A DNA stretch of 27,629 nucleotides from Thermoguttaceae bacterium (GTDB taxonomy: Bacteria; Planctomycetota; Planctomycetia; Pirellulales; Thermoguttaceae): assembly GCA_017447745.1 (NCBI GenBank), contig JAFSMW010000106.1, forward strand, positions 1-27,629, in the 5' to 3' direction. This document shows, piece after piece, positions 25,069-27,629 of the stretch. A program made the position numbers and the translations under genes. The notes under the pieces are model-generated. The model saw only the letters and a list, made by a program, of their open reading frames with translations, did no database searches and had not been told where the DNA came from. Each line of letters opens with the position of its first letter. The first letter of the stretch is position 1.

Positions 25069-25494
25069 CTACGACTCTTTATTTTCCTCGTTTTCCATTC
25101 TCGCGAAGGCGTTGTCGACGTACTCTCGAACGTTATCCAAGTACCCCTGGACGTTATCCAGTTGCTTTTCCAAGACAGGCGCAGGAGATTCAGGAACAAA
25201 TGCGCCCGCCTCGTCTCCATCCTTTGCTTTACCCGGGGCAGAACCGCCGCACTTCGGGCAATAGCGTTCGCGGTCAATCATCTGATTGGTTGTCCAAGTG
25301 TACCCACATTTTACGCATTTATGAACTCTCGTGATGGGCGGCGGTCCATAGATGCAGGCGAAGTTTTCTGGTATATAGGCGGGCTTCCCCATCTTCGCTC
25401 CGCAATACCGACAGTATTTATCCCCTTCAATATAAGTGTTTTTGCAATTAGCGCAAACCTTTCTCATCGGTCGTTTTCCAGGCATTCCAGGCAT
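25069..25494 (-). CDS. Cys-rich double zinc-ribbon protein with an acidic helical tail (candidate substrate or partner of the radical SAM enzyme)
   Basis: Two CxxC-x10-14-CxxC units (CANC..CRYC and CVKC..CPKC), followed by LDNVQGYLDNVREYVDNAF and an acidic end. Strong SD AGGAGG 5 nt upstream of the ATG at 25492-25494; the track start at 25518 overlaps that SD. 32-nt gap to the radical-SAM start. Confidence 0.6.
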   Translation of the reverse strand: MPGMPGKRPMRKVCANCKNTYIEGDKYCRYCGAKMGKPAYIPENFACIYGPPPITRVHKCVKCGYTWTTNQMIDRERYCPKCGGSAPGKAKDGDEAGAFVPESPAPVLEKQLDNVQGYLDNVREYVDNAFARMENEENKES

Positions 25495-25706
25495 AATATC
25501 CTCCTGTTTATAATACAATTTCTCTGCTAAATACGATTAATAGCGTATTTTTAATATAATCTATTCTCACTTTGTTTTCAAGTAGATTTTTAGAAATTGG
25601 GTAAAAAATTTGAAAAATAGATTATCTCGAGAGTTGCAACTGAGGGCGATAAATTTGGGGTTACGAAAGTAGGTGAGATTAACAATCGCATTCAATTTGA
25701 ACGTAG

Positions 25707-25933
25707 CCCACGCCTTTAGGCGTGGGTTCCAAAACGACATAAATAGTAATATAACGCACAAATTCCCTGTCCCTTCCCCGCTCCGAATGGAGCGGGGAAG
25801 GGACAGGGAGGGAAGCGTTTTGGGGAGGAGCATTTATTTAGTCCCCCAGATAAATCTGGGGGCTACGTTTTTTGAATTGTTTTTATTACCCACGTCTAAA
25901 GACGTGGGGATAAGAACAGATAAATCTGGAGAC
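25707..25933 (+). ncRNA. Cluster of GC hairpins in a 600-bp non-coding region. Hairpin cccacgcc-ttta-ggcgtggg (25707-25726). Perfect 20-bp stem ccctgtcccttccccgctcc-gaat-ggagcggggaagggacaggg (25765-25808). Hairpin cccccaga-taaa-tctggggg followed by cTACGttttttg (25843-25873). Hairpin cccacgtc-taaa-gacgtggg (25889-25908). Degenerate repeat cagataaatctggagactacg.
   Basis: Direct reading. The third hairpin plus T-run looks like a plus-strand intrinsic terminator, but there is no plus-strand CDS for 2.5 kb upstream. Hairpins 1/4 and 3/5 are duplicated units. Confidence 0.35.
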
Positions 25934-26057
25934 TACGACAAGGTTTCAAGGCTATTTCCTTTTTTCATGCCCCCAATTTTGAACACACTCTTCCGAATTC
26001 TGAATTAAAAATAGGTCTGGATAAAAATGGGGAAATATATTATAATAAGAGGTGTAT

Positions 26058-26118
26058 AGGGAATAGAGCTTCGCATTCGGCGAATTTAAATACTATTCCC
26101 TACTCCCTATTCCCTACT
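26058..26118. repeat. Heptamer-array + hairpin element immediately upstream of the 26122 start codon (tatagggaatagag / cttcgcattcggcgaa / tattccctactccctattccctacta)
   Basis: Direct reading. Same family as the elements at gene 3' ends. Confidence 0.7.
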
Positions 26119-26121
26119 ATC

Positions 26122-27629
26122 ATGAAAAACCACCTTAACTTTATCCTGCTCCTGACGTTATTCGCCTTTACAGGCGCAATCGCGACGGCGGACGCACCGG
26201 CGGGCGGCGCTCAAAGCGACGGCGTTCAAAATGAAGCCAACGAGGACGACATTTTCGACATGGAAGAAGACGCCGACAAGGAATACGACGATCTGTCCAT
26301 ACAAGCTATGGACGGTTCTCCCAGATATTTCTTTAATCGAGCGTCAGAGGAAGTCGTTCAACAAGCCAACCAGATTTTTGAGAACCCGGACTATCAGCAA
26401 GCCCTTCTCGACGCCCAGCGTCTGATTGAAGAAAACCCCGGAACGTTCTTTCCCGCCAAAACGGAATCGGTCAACTTCAGCCACAATATAACAAGAACTC
26501 AATGGTATCCAATTGAATGGGCGCTCAGTACTGGACGCAATCGGCGCTTGACTGACGACGAAGTCAAAATTTACCGTCAGATTCAGGACGAGGCGGCAAA
26601 CGCGGCTTACGACGAGGCAAACAAGACGTCTGACCCGCAGCTGCGTCTGGCGAAACTGGACGACGTCCGCCGGCAGTATCCGGGATCAAGCATCGCCCCG
26701 GCTATCGCTTTGGAATTGGGCGATGCGTTGGCGGCGCAAAGCGCTGCGCTTATCGCTTTTGATTATTGGACAAGCTCAATTCGTCCGGAAATTGGCAGAG
26801 CGTTTTTACAAGATAACCATTGGGATAATACGTATCCTTCTGAAAAATGCCGCGTTTCGGAAGCGGAACTGGTCTTTAGGGTTTATATTATTGGTTTACG
26901 AACAGGAATTTTCTTGCCTGTTTTGAAAAAAATTTCTGATAAAGAAACCGACCTTGAAGCGTTCAGACGTCTTTTCCCTACAGCCAAAGCCGTAGTCAAT
27001 TCTAAAAATATTGTTATTGCCTCTCCGAGTTATCCTTTTCCAGAATCCATGACGCGTTACGACGGAAAAGAAGTCGTTCTGGCGGATTATCTGACGGAAC
27101 TGAAAACGGAAATTGACGAGGCGCGAGAATCGTTCAAACATTCATTTATTGAGGACGATCCAGAAAATGAGCCCTCTGTAGAAGAGAATCCAGAGGATTA
27201 TTTATTATGTAATCAGTATGGTCTTTACGACGCTCGACCGGTAGAAATAAACGGCGCCATGTACGCTGGGAAATATTTATACTATCATAAATATAATGCT
27301 GAAAAACAATATAGTATAAAACAATTTCCATTTACCGTTCACCCGTCAAACGGGTTGACAGCGTTTCTACAAGGAGTTCGTTTTCAAGAGTCTTATGAAT
27401 TAGAAACTTCCGAAGACGATAACGCTCCTTATACCAGCGCGGAATCTGTTCTTTATCCAGGTCGCGTTCCCCAAGACTTTGAACCTGCAAGCAACTGGCT
27501 TATTTGCATAGATCGCGACAATGGAAACAAAGTCCTCTGGACGCGATCATGGAACAACAACCATTCTATGTGGAAAAATTCAGGATATTTTTTTCACGAT
27601 AAATTTTTCGCGCTTGAAGTTTCCTTAAA
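26122..27629 (+). CDS. Hypothetical secreted protein, 3'-partial (runs off window; absent from the ORF track because no stop is reached)
   Basis: Hand translation from the ATG at ~26122 gives MKNHLNFILLLTLFAFTGAIATADAPAGGAQSDG... with no stop through 27629 (502+ codons). Only short ORFs exist in the other frames. Confidence 0.6.
   Translation, partial: MKNHLNFILLLTLFAFTGAIATADAPAGGAQSDGVQNEANEDDIFDMEEDADKEYDDLSIQAMDGSPRYFFNRASEEVVQQANQIFENPDYQQALLDAQRLIEENPGTFFPAKTESVNFSHNITRTQWYPIEWALSTGRNRRLTDDEVKIYRQIQDEAANAAYDEANKTSDPQLRLAKLDDVRRQYPGSSIAPAIALELGDALAAQSAALIAFDYWTSSIRPEIGRAFLQDNHWDNTYPSEKCRVSEAELVFRVYIIGLRTGIFLPVLKKISDKETDLEAFRRLFPTAKAVVNSKNIVIASPSYPFPESMTRYDGKEVVLADYLTELKTEIDEARESFKHSFIEDDPENEPSVEENPEDYLLCNQYGLYDARPVEINGAMYAGKYLYYHKYNAEKQYSIKQFPFTVHPSNGLTAFLQGVRFQESYELETSEDDNAPYTSAESVLYPGRVPQDFEPASNWLICIDRDNGNKVLWTRSWNNNHSMWKNSGYFFHDKFFALEVSL

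Noticed and set aside
25567-26008. Small ORFs 25567..25833(-) and 25673..26008(+) as possible precursor peptides for the radical-SAM enzyme
   Set aside because: Both run straight through the perfect GC palindromes and T-runs of the hairpin cluster, have no SD, and have no Cys/Ser-rich core. The region is more likely structural RNA or DNA. A short unannotated precursor cannot be fully excluded.

Overview
This 27.6-kb window looks bacterial, roughly 50% GC, with few Shine-Dalgarno sequences and many secreted proteins. That is consistent with a Planctomycetes/Verrucomicrobia-type genome, but this is an inference only. It opens with two housekeeping genes: argS, truncated at the 5' end by the window edge, and ligA. 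An accessory-like stretch follows. On the minus strand sit a P-loop ATPase and a secreted lipoprotein-like protein. That protein has a thioredoxin-fold domain lacking CXXC and a poly-acidic tail of about 16 DDADVE repeats, encoded by an 18-bp coding minisatellite. Next, still on the minus strand, is a UmuC-like Y-family polymerase gene with no umuD partner. A Tat-signal Gfo/Idh/MocA oxidoreductase precedes two tandem paralogous matrixin-like metzincins. On the plus strand is a double-length M16 peptidase. A secreted trio follows on the minus strand: GH5, a parallel beta-helix protein and a beta-propeller-like protein. An NfeD-flotillin pair follows on the plus strand. The last minus-strand operon encodes a double zinc-ribbon Cys-rich protein, a radical-SAM/SPASM enzyme and a minimal HEXXHXXGXXD metallopeptidase. 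At the 3' edge there is a long secreted-protein ORF (about 26122 to beyond 27629, plus strand) that is missing from the ORF track because it has no stop codon inside the window. The most striking sequence-level feature is a pervasive family of intergenic elements. Each is built from tandem 7-nt units of the form TAGG plus three purine-rich bases (TAGGCAG, TAGGGAA, TAGGAAT/TAGGAGT and relatives), flanking a conserved small GC hairpin TTCGCC-N3-4-GGCGAA. Copies sit at almost every gene boundary, always with the TAG-bearing strand in the sense of the gene that ends there. Because TAG recurs every 7 nt, successive units close successive reading frames. Several genes take their last residues and their stop codon from the element (...RQ-TAG). 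One copy is embedded in frame inside argS. A 600-bp non-coding region upstream of the radical-SAM operon holds a separate cluster of GC hairpins, including a perfect 20-bp stem and a terminator-like hairpin with a T-run. Many long ORFs in the track are antisense shadows or repeat artifacts and were rejected.
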